A stretch of DNA of 64,000 bases from Candidatus Kapaibacterium sp. (GTDB lineage: Bacteria; Bacteroidota; Ignavibacteria; Kapaibacteriales; UBA2268), in assembly GCA_937995785.1 (NCBI GenBank), contig CALKJQ010000035.1:133-64132 (forward strand), read 5' to 3'. The translations under genes were made by a program, and so were the position numbers. Each line of letters opens with the position of its first letter. The stretch's first letter is position 1. Shown here piece by piece: positions 19,446-29,571 of the stretch. The notes under the pieces are model-generated. The model had not been told where the DNA came from. It did no database searches and was given only the letters and a program-made list of their open reading frames with translations.

Positions 19446-20123
19446 CTATTGGATTACGATTCGTTTTCTGATGTACTTACTGTTACCAATGCGAACTTCG
19501 GCAATATAGTCGCCCGAAATCATTCGTCGTCCAAATTCGTCGCGAAAATTCCAAGTAATTTCGTAACTTCCCGGCACTTGCCTACCCTTAAACAAGGTTG
19601 CAATTACCATGGCTTGCATCGAATAGATGACAATTTCAATATCGTTTGGCGCATCCAATGTGTATCTTATTTCCGGTCCAACGTCTTCGACTATTCCCAG
19701 AAACTTTCCAATTAAATCCAATGGAACTCTAAGTCCGCTTTGAGGATAGCTCAAGCCCGTTGGTAACCTTAAACCAGCGGCTATTGCTTCTTGGCGTTGA
19801 ACTATTTCCTCGCCCGAGGGCTTGAATGCTTGGGAAGGTACTGCCGAAAGACTTCGCATAGCAAGTTGGTAGGGCAGTTCGTCGGAACGCTTTGTTAACT
19901 TTTCCCATAAGTCGTCAGTTAGAGATAAATTGTACTGAAACAGCGACCTTGCCGTTACGCCAAGCTTCGAATATACCTTAAAAACTGAATCTTGTATTTG
20001 ACGATACAAAGTAGTGTCCCCAATAGGTAACTTGGTATTGGAGGGATAATAAACATCACTTTTCAGGTAGTTCAACCCCAAAAGTATAACAATTAAAATT
20101 ATGATTATGTTTGTTTTTTTCAC
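19446..20123 (-). CDS. Exported hypothetical protein with C-terminal FlgD/Ig-like domain
   Basis: N-terminal signal or anchor; C-terminal IEIVIY.....IATL......GSYEITWN.RDE.GR...SGDY pattern; GTG start. Confidence 0.65.
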   Translation of the reverse strand: MKKTNIIIILIVILLGLNYLKSDVYYPSNTKLPIGDTTLYRQIQDSVFKVYSKLGVTARSLFQYNLSLTDDLWEKLTKRSDELPYQLAMRSLSAVPSQAFKPSGEEIVQRQEAIAAGLRLPTGLSYPQSGLRVPLDLIGKFLGIVEDVGPEIRYTLDAPNDIEIVIYSMQAMVIATLFKGRQVPGSYEITWNFRDEFGRRMISGDYIAEVRIGNSKYIRKRIVIQ

Positions 20124-20233
20124 AAGTAAATATATTTTACTTAATAACGATTTTTTATTTAATTAATTACTAAATTTAGTAAAATTTCGTTTTATACAAT
20201 CTATTTCATTCATAAATTTTAATAAGGTTACTT

Positions 20234-21379
20234 ATGGAAAATTTCCAATTTCAAAATCCAACAAAAATAATATTTGGTAAAGGCTCAATAAAATATATCG
20301 GGAACGAAGTAAAAAGTAACAATGTTCAAAAAGTTTTGCTTTTGGCGGGCTCGGGCTCGATTAAGCAAAACGGAGTTTACACTCAGATTGTTGATTCGCT
20401 AAATCGAACTAAAATCCAGTTTGTGGAAGTCTGGGGAGTTCGTCCCAACCCAACATTGGAACATGCAAAACAAGTTGTTGAATTACTCAAATCCGAAAAT
20501 ATCCAAGGAATAGTAGCCGTTGGTGGTGGCTCGGTTATCGACGAAGCCAAATCGGTTGCAGCCGGAGTTTTCGTTGAAAACTTATGGGATATTTTCGAGA
20601 AAAAAGCCGTAGTTCGCCAAGCATTACCCGTGTTTGTGGTTCTAACTCTCTCGGCAACAGGTACGGAGATGAATCCATTTGCCGTTCTAAGTAACGATGA
20701 AGAATTGAAAAAATGGTCGTTCGGCAGTCCATTTGTCTATCCAAAAGTGAGCATCATCGACCCTTCAGTTCAGTCCACTTTGCCCCGACGACAAACCGCT
20801 AATGGTGGAGTTGATAGCCTTTCTCATCTTATGGAAAATTACTTTATGGGCGAACCAAGTGCCGAAATATCATTGGCATTGAACGAGGCAACCCAACGCA
20901 CAGTAATATCGCAAATCGATAAATTGATGGAAAACCCCGATAATTACGAGGCACGAGCAAATTTAGCATGGTCTTCGTCGATAGCTTTGAACGGAATGAC
21001 CTCGGTTGCTCTTGGCGGGGGAGAATGGACAACTCACGCAATCGAACACGCCCTTAGTGCCATCAATCCACAAATTGCCCACGCCGAAGGTTTAGCGGTT
21101 ATGTTTCCAGCATGGATTAAATACGTTTCTGATGCAAAACCTTATATATTCGATCGCTGGGCTCGCAATGTTTGGGCGGCAAATTCGATTAACGAAGGGG
21201 TAGAAGCAATGCAATCTAAATTCCGCTTATGGGGTAGCCCAACCACTTTGACAGAACTTGGTTTTACCAAAGCAGATTTCCCTAAAATTGTAAAGTGTAT
21301 TGTCGAGTATGGCCGTGTTGGAAGGATAAAACAATTAGACACAACTGATTTCGAAAAAATTTTAGAATTAGCTTTATAA
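20234..21379 (+). CDS. Iron-containing alcohol dehydrogenase (butanol dehydrogenase/YqhD-like)
   Basis: NPTKIIFGKG, GSGSIK.NG, AVGGGSVID, TLSATGTEMN, HAIEHALSA, HAEGLA. Confidence 0.9.
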   Translation: MENFQFQNPTKIIFGKGSIKYIGNEVKSNNVQKVLLLAGSGSIKQNGVYTQIVDSLNRTKIQFVEVWGVRPNPTLEHAKQVVELLKSENIQGIVAVGGGSVIDEAKSVAAGVFVENLWDIFEKKAVVRQALPVFVVLTLSATGTEMNPFAVLSNDEELKKWSFGSPFVYPKVSIIDPSVQSTLPRRQTANGGVDSLSHLMENYFMGEPSAEISLALNEATQRTVISQIDKLMENPDNYEARANLAWSSSIALNGMTSVALGGGEWTTHAIEHALSAINPQIAHAEGLAVMFPAWIKYVSDAKPYIFDRWARNVWAANSINEGVEAMQSKFRLWGSPTTLTELGFTKADFPKIVKCIVEYGRVGRIKQLDTTDFEKILELAL

Positions 21380-21417
21380 AAAATGACATTAAATAACATT
21401 TACAAACATTGAAAAAA

Positions 21418-21454
21418 AATAACGGGGATAGAAATAGTAATTGTCCCCGTTATT
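21418..21454. terminator. Probable bidirectional terminator
   Basis: AATAACGGGGA ... TCCCCGTTATT inverted repeat flanked by A and T tracts between convergent genes. Confidence 0.75.
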
Positions 21455-21479
21455 AATTTTTTTAATTGTTAATTTAAGT

Positions 21480-22814
21480 TTATTTTGCAAATTGCTTTAA
21501 AATATCTACGAAAGTATCTAATTCTTTCTTGGTTCTTTTTTCGGTTACAGCAATTAACAATCCATCAAAATTGGTATATTTTGTAAGATTTATACCAGCA
21601 AAAAATCCTTTTTCTTCGGCTGCAGTTCTGATTGTGCAAACATCAACGGGGCATTTAATTGCAAATTCATTGAAGAATGGCTTATCATTCAAAAGCGAAT
21701 AGCCTGGAATATTAGCAATTTGCTTTGCAAGATAGTGTGCTTTTTGGAAAGATTGCTCGGCAACTTCGATTAGCCCTTGTTTGCCCATAGTTTCCAAATA
21801 AACAGTTGCTGCCAACATTATTAGACCTTGGTTAGTGCAGATATTCGAAGTTGCTTTTTCGCGTTTGATTTGCTGCTCGCGAGTTTGAAGGGTAAGAGTA
21901 AATGCCCGATTTCCGTCTGTATCGATAGACATACCCGCAATTCTTCCCGGAATGGAGCGTACTAATGATTCTTTACAAGTGAATAAACCAAGAACTGGTC
22001 CTCCAAAACTCGTTGGAATTCCCAAAGGTTGTCCTTCACCCAATGCAATATCGGCATTATAGTTGCCTGGTGGGACTAAAAGTGCGAGCGAAATTGGATT
22101 GAAAATTGAAATATAGAGAGCCTTTTGGCTATGAGCAATTTTTTCTATCTCGAAAACATCCTCCAAATTACCTAAGAAATTTGGATTCTGGACGACAACG
22201 CCGGCTATATCATCGTTCATTGCATTTCTTAATCCGTCGATATCGGCGGTTCCGTCGGGATTAGCAAATACCTCGAATGTCAGTTGCCTGCCCGCAACCA
22301 AAGATTTGGTCGTTTGAAGGTAAAGCGGATTAACCGTTCCTGCAACCAGAAATTTTGTCTTCTTTGTGTGGGCGTGTGCCATAAAGAATGCCTCGGCAAG
22401 CCCCGTTCCAGCATCGTATAGCGATGCATTGGAGATTTCCATTCCAGTTAATCGGCAAATCATTGTTTGGAATTCATACATAACTTGCAATGTTCCTTGG
22501 CTAACTTCAGCTTGGTATGGTGTGTAGGCAGTTTTGAATTCGGGACGTTCCAACACCGACCCAACTATCGACGGAATATAGTGGTCGTAGATACCGCCAC
22601 CAAGGAACGATACGAAATTGGAATGAGATGTATTTTTCTTGGCAATTGATTCAACTAACTTTAATGCTTCTAATTCGCTCAATTCGGAATTCAAGTCTAA
22701 TTCTTTAACACGAGAGTGTTCGGGTATATCTTTGATTAATTCGTCAAAACTAGTAACTCCAATTTTTTGGAGCATTTGAGACATTTCTTCATTTGTTGAT
22801 GGTACGAAAGCCAT
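21480..22814 (-). CDS. gcvPA: Glycine dehydrogenase (decarboxylating) subunit 1
   Basis: FLGGGIYDHYIP, TAYTPYQAEVSQG, NASLYD, FGGP.LG, TREQQIKREKATSNICTNQ; start set at ATG 22814. Confidence 0.94.
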   Translation of the reverse strand: MAFVPSTNEEMSQMLQKIGVTSFDELIKDIPEHSRVKELDLNSELSELEALKLVESIAKKNTSHSNFVSFLGGGIYDHYIPSIVGSVLERPEFKTAYTPYQAEVSQGTLQVMYEFQTMICRLTGMEISNASLYDAGTGLAEAFFMAHAHTKKTKFLVAGTVNPLYLQTTKSLVAGRQLTFEVFANPDGTADIDGLRNAMNDDIAGVVVQNPNFLGNLEDVFEIEKIAHSQKALYISIFNPISLALLVPPGNYNADIALGEGQPLGIPTSFGGPVLGLFTCKESLVRSIPGRIAGMSIDTDGNRAFTLTLQTREQQIKREKATSNICTNQGLIMLAATVYLETMGKQGLIEVAEQSFQKAHYLAKQIANIPGYSLLNDKPFFNEFAIKCPVDVCTIRTAAEEKGFFAGINLTKYTNFDGLLIAVTEKRTKKELDTFVDILKQFAK

Positions 22815-22965
22815 AAAATTTATCCGTAAATTTAATTTTCGAAAATATTTAAAATTCAAAATTACGAAACTTTAATTATTTTTGTCTGAATTTATTATGT
22901 TTGTGAATGTTAATTTTACAAATTTTAACAAAGCAATAATTTTGTTAACAAACAATAAAAATCAA

Positions 22966-23976
22966 ATGGAAGTAAACAATACAGAACGATTAACTACAAT
23001 CGACCATCATATCTCTCGTGAAGAAAGTATGCACCCCACTGCAACGGGTGAGTTTACTTCGCTACTTCACGACTTGGCATTGGCGATAAGAATAATTTCG
23101 CGCGAAGTTCGACGTGCCGGAATCAACGACATCTTGGGTTTGACATCCACATCAAATATCCACGGCGAAAAACAACAAAAGTTAGACCAATATGCAAACG
23201 ATATAATAAAAAAAGCAATGTCGCAAGGGGGGCACGTATGTGCGTTCGCCTCCGAAGAGGACGACGAGGTTACAGTGGTTGGCAAGGACCGAAAAAGCAA
23301 ATACATAATTTTGTTCGACCCGCTCGATGGTTCGTCCAACATAAGTATAAATGTTACGATAGGAACAATTTTTGGCGTATATCGCCGAATAGATCTCTCG
23401 CCAGGCCAGAGCTGCAGTATAAGCGATGTATTGCAACCAGGTTATAAGTTAATTACTGCTGGCTATGCTTTGTATGGCAGTAGCACTTTGCTTGTTTATT
23501 CCACCGGAAATGGTGTACATTCGTTCACCTACGACCCAACAATTGGAGAATTTTTATTGAATAAGCAATATATCAGAGTACCCAAACAAGGCAGTTGGTA
23601 TAGCTTTAACGAAGGCAATTATTATTTGGTGGACGAAAAAGTTCGTAAGTATCTCGATTACATAAAAACACCATCGGAGGATAAAAAACGTCCTTTCACG
23701 CTTAGGTATATTGGGACTTTGATAGCTGATTTACACAGATTATTGCATTACGGAGGCGTTTATCTTTACCCCGGAACAACCAAAAATCCAAACGGAAAAT
23801 TAAGGTTAATTTACGAAGTAAACCCATTGGCATTTATCTTAGAACAAGCAGGTGGTCGCGCAACTGATGGTCGGAGAAGAATTTTAGAAATAGCTCCCGA
23901 AGATATCCATCAACGTACCCCACTTTTTATGGGCAGTCCCGATGATATGGATTTATTGGAAAGCTTTTTAAAATAA
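22966..23976 (+). CDS. fbp: Fructose-1,6-bisphosphatase class 1
   Basis: GEKQQKLD, ASEE, FDPLDGSSNI, NEGNY, GKLRLIYE; start set at ATG 22966. Confidence 0.95.
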   Translation: MEVNNTERLTTIDHHISREESMHPTATGEFTSLLHDLALAIRIISREVRRAGINDILGLTSTSNIHGEKQQKLDQYANDIIKKAMSQGGHVCAFASEEDDEVTVVGKDRKSKYIILFDPLDGSSNISINVTIGTIFGVYRRIDLSPGQSCSISDVLQPGYKLITAGYALYGSSTLLVYSTGNGVHSFTYDPTIGEFLLNKQYIRVPKQGSWYSFNEGNYYLVDEKVRKYLDYIKTPSEDKKRPFTLRYIGTLIADLHRLLHYGGVYLYPGTTKNPNGKLRLIYEVNPLAFILEQAGGRATDGRRRILEIAPEDIHQRTPLFMGSPDDMDLLESFLK

Positions 23977-24066
23977 TAAAAAAATCGAGAAAATTTACTT
24001 TAATGTGTTTATAATTAAAGTAAAATTATTAATTTTGTAATCTTAATTAAATTCGAAAAGGGAAAA

Positions 24067-24336
24067 ATGGCTCATCATAAATCAGCCTTAAAAAGAATTA
24101 GACAATCGAGAAAAGCTCGAATTTATAATCGTCAAAACAAAAAGTTGATGAAATTTGCTATTCGAGATGTTCGCGAGTCCAAGACATACGAAGAAGCAGT
24201 TGCTAATTTGAACAAAGCAATGAGTATTTTGGACAAAGTGGCTGCTCGTGGAGTTATCCACAAGAACAACGCCGCTAATGCAAAATCCTCATTAGCAAAA
24301 TTCGTAAAAAAATTAGAACCACAACAACTCAATTAA
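24067..24336 (+). CDS. rpsT: 30S ribosomal protein S20
   Basis: MAHHKSALKRIRQ, LDKVAARGVIHKNNAAN.KS.L. Confidence 0.97.
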   Translation: MAHHKSALKRIRQSRKARIYNRQNKKLMKFAIRDVRESKTYEEAVANLNKAMSILDKVAARGVIHKNNAANAKSSLAKFVKKLEPQQLN

Positions 24337-24343
24337 TTGCAAC

Positions 24344-24420
24344 GCACCCGTAGCTCAATTGGATAGAGTACCTGACTACGGATCAGATGGTTGGGAGTTC
24401 GAGTCTCTCCGGGTGCGCCA
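24344..24420 (+). tRNA. tRNA-Arg(ACG)
   Basis: Cloverleaf GCACCCG/CGGGTGC, anticodon loop CTACGGA, TTCGAGT T-loop, encoded CCA. Confidence 0.95.
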
Positions 24421-24427
24421 ATTTCCA

Positions 24428-24510
24428 GCGGAAGTGGTGAAATTGGTAGACACGCCATCTTGAGGGGGTGGTGCTCCACGAGCGTAGGGGTTCGAGTCCC
24501 CTCTTCCGCA
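24428..24510 (+). tRNA. tRNA-Leu(GAG)
   Basis: GCGGAAG/CTTCCGC acceptor stem, anticodon arm CCATC-TTGAGGG-GGTGG, long variable arm; CCA not encoded. Confidence 0.95.
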
Positions 24511-24626
24511 CAAAATGTTTCTTTATCTCTTCTATCCAAAATCTTTTCTATAAGCTTACTAATTAAAATAAAATCTTTTCATAATCGTTCCTAAAATATT
24601 ATATTAAAATCTAATCCATAATAATC

Positions 24627-24998
24627 TTGATTTGGTACTTTAAATATAAAATCTTACCTATATTCCTATCTATTAATATCCTTTTTCTTCTATCAGTTCC
24701 AAATTATCATTATCACACACATATCACCAAAAAGAATTGCTGCCAATTACCAATACATAATTACTTAAAGACAGCTTTTTCGGAACATTCACCAAACGAT
24801 GCCGAGTTTCATTCCGAACATAATTGTCCAATCAAGATTTTTTCTCAAAATTTCTCATCTCTTTTTATTTTAAAACAACAGATTGATTACGAAAACCAAT
24901 TATCGTTTAAGTCTACCATCGATTATCAAATCTCCGTTGCTAACCATCGAGCGCTCGATAAAAGAAATCCCCGTGCACCACCTGCTCTTTTGATATAA
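24627..24998 (+). CDS. His/Cys-rich leader protein with C-terminal RAPP motif (DUF2946/CruR-like)
   Basis: TTG start; hydrophobic N-terminal segment; HYHTH..CC and HSEHNCP clusters; RAPP at aa 116-119 (nt 24972-24983). Confidence 0.7.
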   Translation: MIWYFKYKILPIFLSINILFLLSVPNYHYHTHITKKNCCQLPIHNYLKTAFSEHSPNDAEFHSEHNCPIKIFSQNFSSLFILKQQIDYENQLSFKSTIDYQISVANHRALDKRNPRAPPALLI

Positions 24999-25133
24999 TT
25001 ATACCAAAAAACCACTTGGAAAAATTAATAATATTGTTATTTGCTTATAGCAGCAATGCTATTACTATTTATATAACTCAACTTTATAACTAATTAATTT
25101 AAAAGTATTGTAAAAAAATCTTTAAGGAAAAAA

Positions 25134-25961
25134 ATGAAAACTATAAATATTATTTTATCTGTTTTGTTGGCTATTTTATTGCTTTCTTGCTCCAAAGAGA
25201 CTAACCCGACCGAACCCGATATGGACCATTTTAAAGCATACGGGTTGATTTTAGAGTCCTCGGGGCAACGCATACTCACATATTTCAATTTAAAATCTAA
25301 GGATACTTTGTATGTTCCCATTGGTCTAACCCCACATTACGAAGTTAAATTTTTGGACAAGGATAGCGTTATAATAGAGCCACCCAAGGATAAGGACAAA
25401 AAGTTCGGCTGGGTGATAGCGGATACCTCGATGTTGGAGGTGTATCGTCACGGCGACGACGAATGGGAGTTTCACTTAAAAGGAAAAAAAGTTGGCGCCA
25501 CTCTCATTGAATTTCAAGTTCTCCACAACGACCACCCCGATTTCAAAACAATTAAAATACCCGTAATAATCCGCGACGAAACTGGTCAACACGGCGCCCC
25601 AGTTGGATTACGTGCATATTTCGAAGAGGAAGGCAAATTGATTTGCGAAACACCAATAAAAGGACTTAATGGTTTAACAAAAGGCGAATTTACTTTAAGC
25701 GTAGGCGAAACCACCGAACATATAGTGATTAAATTATTCGATGAGCAGGGACGCGAATTCCAGCCCGGCGAAGGTCATAAATTAGTGATTGATTTTATGG
25801 ACAAGGACATATGCGAAGCAATTCCCGCAGGCGACGATGAACCTTGGGCATTCCAACTTAAAGGACTTAAGAAAGGCATAACCCAAATCATCTTTAAAGT
25901 TGCGGGTAGCGACGGGAAAATTCATCGCGAGTTTAGCCCTGTTTATGTTAAAGTAAACTAA
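25134..25961 (+). CDS. Lipoprotein with two tandem related beta-rich domains
   Basis: Lipobox LLSC; internal repeat GDDEWEFHLKGKKVGAT.I.F / GDDEPWAFQLKGLKKGIT.I.F. Confidence 0.8.
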   Translation: MKTINIILSVLLAILLLSCSKETNPTEPDMDHFKAYGLILESSGQRILTYFNLKSKDTLYVPIGLTPHYEVKFLDKDSVIIEPPKDKDKKFGWVIADTSMLEVYRHGDDEWEFHLKGKKVGATLIEFQVLHNDHPDFKTIKIPVIIRDETGQHGAPVGLRAYFEEEGKLICETPIKGLNGLTKGEFTLSVGETTEHIVIKLFDEQGREFQPGEGHKLVIDFMDKDICEAIPAGDDEPWAFQLKGLKKGITQIIFKVAGSDGKIHREFSPVYVKVN

Positions 25962-25974
25962 AGAATTTCCAAAA

Positions 25975-28161
25975 ATGAAAAGATATATTTCGTTAGCCTT
26001 GCTTTCAATTCTATTACTTTTTTTGCTGAAAATTTCAGTTTTTGCCGATCTTGTTGGTAAGGTTATGGATAGCGAAACGGGTAAACCATTAGATAAAGTC
26101 GTTTTGATTGATAAAAACAACAATGTTATCTTCAATACAACTCCAAATGGCATTTTTAGGGTCAAACCCGATACTTCTTACCATTACTTGATTAAATTCT
26201 TCAAGCAAGGCTACGAAATAAAGTCTCTTCTAATAAGTTCAAATGATATTACAGACACATTAGTAGTTGGTTTAGAACCAAAATTGGTGAATATGCCCGT
26301 AATAACAATCGGGGCAAATCTGCGAAACAAATTCGATGAAATTCAATCCGAAGCCTACACAATTCAAAGAAGTGAATACCAGAAGTCTTTGGGCAATACA
26401 TTGGCAATGACATTGAAAAATCAAATTGGAATGGCGATGTCGTCGATGGGTCCCGCACCAGCCCGACCCGTGTTTCGTGGATTTGGTGGCAATAGAATCA
26501 CAATTTTAAACAACGGAATTAACGTAAGCGACTTGTCGGCCACATCGCCCGACCATTCATTAACCATCGACCCATTGACCATTGAAAAAGTGGAATTAGT
26601 CCGTGGTCCTAAAATATTGCTTTATTCCCTAAGCACTCCCGGTGCGGCAATTAACTCTCAAAATAGTTATTTCACAATTCCCGAAAAATTTTGCAACCGT
26701 GCTATCTTCTTTGGCGAATCAGTAAATAAAGGTTATTCGGGGATGCTCCAAACCAAGTTGCCAATCGATAAATTTGCCTTTTTGGGTAATGTTGCATACC
26801 ACAATTCACAAGACATTGTTGTTGCTAATAAGCCACTGCCCAACACTTACAACAAAATATTGGATGTAAATTTTATTGGGTTAGCAAAGCAAGAAGACTT
26901 TATGACAACTTTTCACTACGAAAATTACCAAAATTTTTATGGAATACCCGGTGGTTTTGTGGGGGCTCATCCAAAAGGTGTTGATATCGAAATTTATAAA
27001 AATGTTGCTACTTTGAACCCTATTTTTCATTTCCACAAACCTTGGTTAGATAATATATCTTTTTTCATAAATCGAAATTATTATCATCACATCGAAAAAG
27101 AAAAGAACAACTCGATTGGTGCTGAATTTGTTTATAGGGAATACAACTTGAAATCCATCTTTAATCACAATCAAAATGAATTGTTCGACAATGGTTCTTA
27201 TGGTTTTGGATATATCTACAAAGATTTTAAAATTGGTGGATATGTTTTCACTCCCGAGACAATCTTGAACAATACCTATTTGTTTGCTTACGAAGAATAT
27301 CAATTGTTGGGATTCGATTTTCAGACTTCCTTGCGAACCGAATATGCTAATTTCCGCCCCCAAGAACGACAAACGATGAATAATAAACCACAAAAAAGAG
27401 ATTTTTGGGCATTTTCGGGTTCAATTTCGATTCTAAAAGAATTAAATAATTCAATTTCTTTAGGCGTTAACTTTTCGAAAACATCTCGCATTCCATCAAT
27501 CGAAGAATTGTATTCCGATGGTCCTCACCTTGCAGCATATTCCTACGATATCGGCAATTCAACACTCAAAACAGAAAGTGGAATTGGGACAGAACTTTTT
27601 GGCTTTTTCAAACAAAATTCGTTTACCTTCAGTTTGTCCTCGTATTTTTATAATTATGATTACTACATCATACCTCGCAACACGGGTAAATTAAACGTTC
27701 AACAAATATTACCAATTTATCGAACTGAAGGGGTTCGTGCTACAATTTATGGATTAGAGTCCCAAATTGAGATGAATATATTTAATTATTTTGTCTTTAA
27801 GGGAAATATTACCTATACGCTTGGCACAATTTTAGAAACAAATACGAATTTACCATCAATTCCGCCTTTACGTTCCAATCTTGAGTTAAAATTTCGACAA
27901 AACAATTTTTCGACGGGATTACAACTCGAAATTTCATCAAAACAAGATAAATTGGACGATTTTGAGGAGGGCACAGATGGCTATTTTATCTCGAATATTT
28001 TTGTTCAAAAAATGATACCAATCGATAATTTATTGTTATCATTAAATTTGTCGGTTGATAATATTTTCGATACAATATATCGAAATCATCTTTCCCGCAT
28101 TAAATCGGTATTCCCCGAGCCTGGGCGAAATTTTAAAATTCTAATAAAATTCGACTATTAA
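25975..28161 (+). CDS. TonB-dependent receptor, ZnuD-like (metal uptake)
   Basis: Signal peptide; plug GPAPARPVFRGFGGNRI...DLSATSPDH...IEKVELVRGP; ELYSDGPH; C-terminal YRNHLSRIK..PEPGRNF. Confidence 0.85.
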   Translation: MKRYISLALLSILLLFLLKISVFADLVGKVMDSETGKPLDKVVLIDKNNNVIFNTTPNGIFRVKPDTSYHYLIKFFKQGYEIKSLLISSNDITDTLVVGLEPKLVNMPVITIGANLRNKFDEIQSEAYTIQRSEYQKSLGNTLAMTLKNQIGMAMSSMGPAPARPVFRGFGGNRITILNNGINVSDLSATSPDHSLTIDPLTIEKVELVRGPKILLYSLSTPGAAINSQNSYFTIPEKFCNRAIFFGESVNKGYSGMLQTKLPIDKFAFLGNVAYHNSQDIVVANKPLPNTYNKILDVNFIGLAKQEDFMTTFHYENYQNFYGIPGGFVGAHPKGVDIEIYKNVATLNPIFHFHKPWLDNISFFINRNYYHHIEKEKNNSIGAEFVYREYNLKSIFNHNQNELFDNGSYGFGYIYKDFKIGGYVFTPETILNNTYLFAYEEYQLLGFDFQTSLRTEYANFRPQERQTMNNKPQKRDFWAFSGSISILKELNNSISLGVNFSKTSRIPSIEELYSDGPHLAAYSYDIGNSTLKTESGIGTELFGFFKQNSFTFSLSSYFYNYDYYIIPRNTGKLNVQQILPIYRTEGVRATIYGLESQIEMNIFNYFVFKGNITYTLGTILETNTNLPSIPPLRSNLELKFRQNNFSTGLQLEISSKQDKLDDFEEGTDGYFISNIFVQKMIPIDNLLLSLNLSVDNIFDTIYRNHLSRIKSVFPEPGRNFKILIKFDY

Positions 28162-28236
28162 TTATATTTTTAAAAGTTTTGTAAAAATCATTAGTTTGCA
28201 ATTTCCGTAATTTTGTTATTTTACCGAAAACAAATT

Positions 28237-29571
28237 ATGAAAGTATTAGTTATTGGGGCATCCCTAAGTGGTAAATCAGCAGCAATGCTTGCTCGCAAGC
28301 AAAATATGGATGTGTTTGTTACAGAATATCAACCAAAAGAAAATTTTCGAGATACAGTAATCCAATTTGAAGAAAATAATATCCAATTCGAGTTTGGTGG
28401 TCATAATCTTGCGGGATTGCATCAATACGATTTGGCAATTGCATCTCCGGGAATTCCCCGAAGTGCCGAAATTTTAGATGAATTGTACAAAAACAAGGTG
28501 AAAATAATAAGTGAAATAGAATTTGCCTACCAATTTTGTAAAAATCCAATTATAGCAATAACGGGAACAAATGGCAAAACAACTACGACTTCGCTCGTTA
28601 CCCACATACTCAATCACTCGGGCAAAAAATCAGTTTCGGCAGGCAACATAGGGCGTGCTTTTTCCGATGTAGTTTCGGATTTGCCCGTTGATGCAATTGT
28701 ATCGCTTGAGGTTTCGAGTTATCAATTGGATAGAATAGATAAATTTCGCCCAAATGTTGCTATAATCACCAACATAACACCCGACCACTTAAAATATCAC
28801 GGCACAATGCAAGATTATGTGGAAACAAAGTGGAAAATTTGTAGTAATCAAATCGAAAAAGATTTATTAATTTTGAATTACGATGATGATTATTTAAAGG
28901 AAAGTAAATCATCACGCAGCAATATCCAATATTTTTCGCTGAATGAACTCCGGGGGGGAGCATTCATTCGTAACGGGGTGATAATATTGGACACACAGCA
29001 TAAAGAGGAGGAAATAATGCCAATTTCTAAGATTGGTATCAAAGGTCAGCATAACCTTTATAATTCGCTTGCGGCGATATTGGCTACTCGCTCATTCGAA
29101 ATTTCAAACGAAAATTATCGTTCTGCTCTATCATCTTTTTTGGGAGTTGAGCACCGTTTGGAATTTGTCTGCTCCATCAACGGGGTGGAATACTACAACG
29201 ACTCCAAAGCAACCAATGTTAATTCCACCTGGTTTGCCCTTAATAGTTTCAACAACCCGATAGTTTGGATTGCTGGTGGTCGTGGAGACAATAATGATTA
29301 CTCTTTGTTGGATTCATCCGTTCGTAAATTTGTAAAATCAATTTTATGCATTGGCGAAGAAGCCCAAAGTATTTATCAGCACTTCTCGTCGATAGTTTCT
29401 TGCAATACTTTCGATACTTTAGAAGAAGCCGTCTTTGCCGCACATAGCGAATCAAAAGAAGGCGAAATAGTTTTATTTTCGCCCGCTTGCAAATCGTTCG
29501 ATATGTTTGCCAATTTCGAACATCGAGGTGAAATATTTAAACAAATTGTAATGAAATTGCCAAATCAATGA
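28237..29571 (+). CDS. murD: UDP-N-acetylmuramoyl-L-alanine--D-glutamate ligase
   Basis: ITGTNGKTTT, LEVSSYQL, NITPDHL, NDSKATN, SPACKSFDMF.NFEHRG. Confidence 0.96.
   Translation: MKVLVIGASLSGKSAAMLARKQNMDVFVTEYQPKENFRDTVIQFEENNIQFEFGGHNLAGLHQYDLAIASPGIPRSAEILDELYKNKVKIISEIEFAYQFCKNPIIAITGTNGKTTTTSLVTHILNHSGKKSVSAGNIGRAFSDVVSDLPVDAIVSLEVSSYQLDRIDKFRPNVAIITNITPDHLKYHGTMQDYVETKWKICSNQIEKDLLILNYDDDYLKESKSSRSNIQYFSLNELRGGAFIRNGVIILDTQHKEEEIMPISKIGIKGQHNLYNSLAAILATRSFEISNENYRSALSSFLGVEHRLEFVCSINGVEYYNDSKATNVNSTWFALNSFNNPIVWIAGGRGDNNDYSLLDSSVRKFVKSILCIGEEAQSIYQHFSSIVSCNTFDTLEEAVFAAHSESKEGEIVLFSPACKSFDMFANFEHRGEIFKQIVMKLPNQ

Noticed and set aside
24370..24386. C-A mismatch at the top of the tRNA-Arg anticodon stem
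   Set aside because: Mismatches at 27-43 are tolerated and the rest of the cloverleaf and CCA are intact; not evidence of a pseudogene.
24333..24594. ORFs 24333..24539 (-) and 24391..24594 (+)
   Set aside because: Shadow ORFs over the tRNA-Arg and tRNA-Leu genes.
24344..28236. Genomic island integrated at tRNA-Leu carrying the TonB locus
   Set aside because: No integrase and no duplicated tRNA 3' end seen before murD; composition looks like the flanks.
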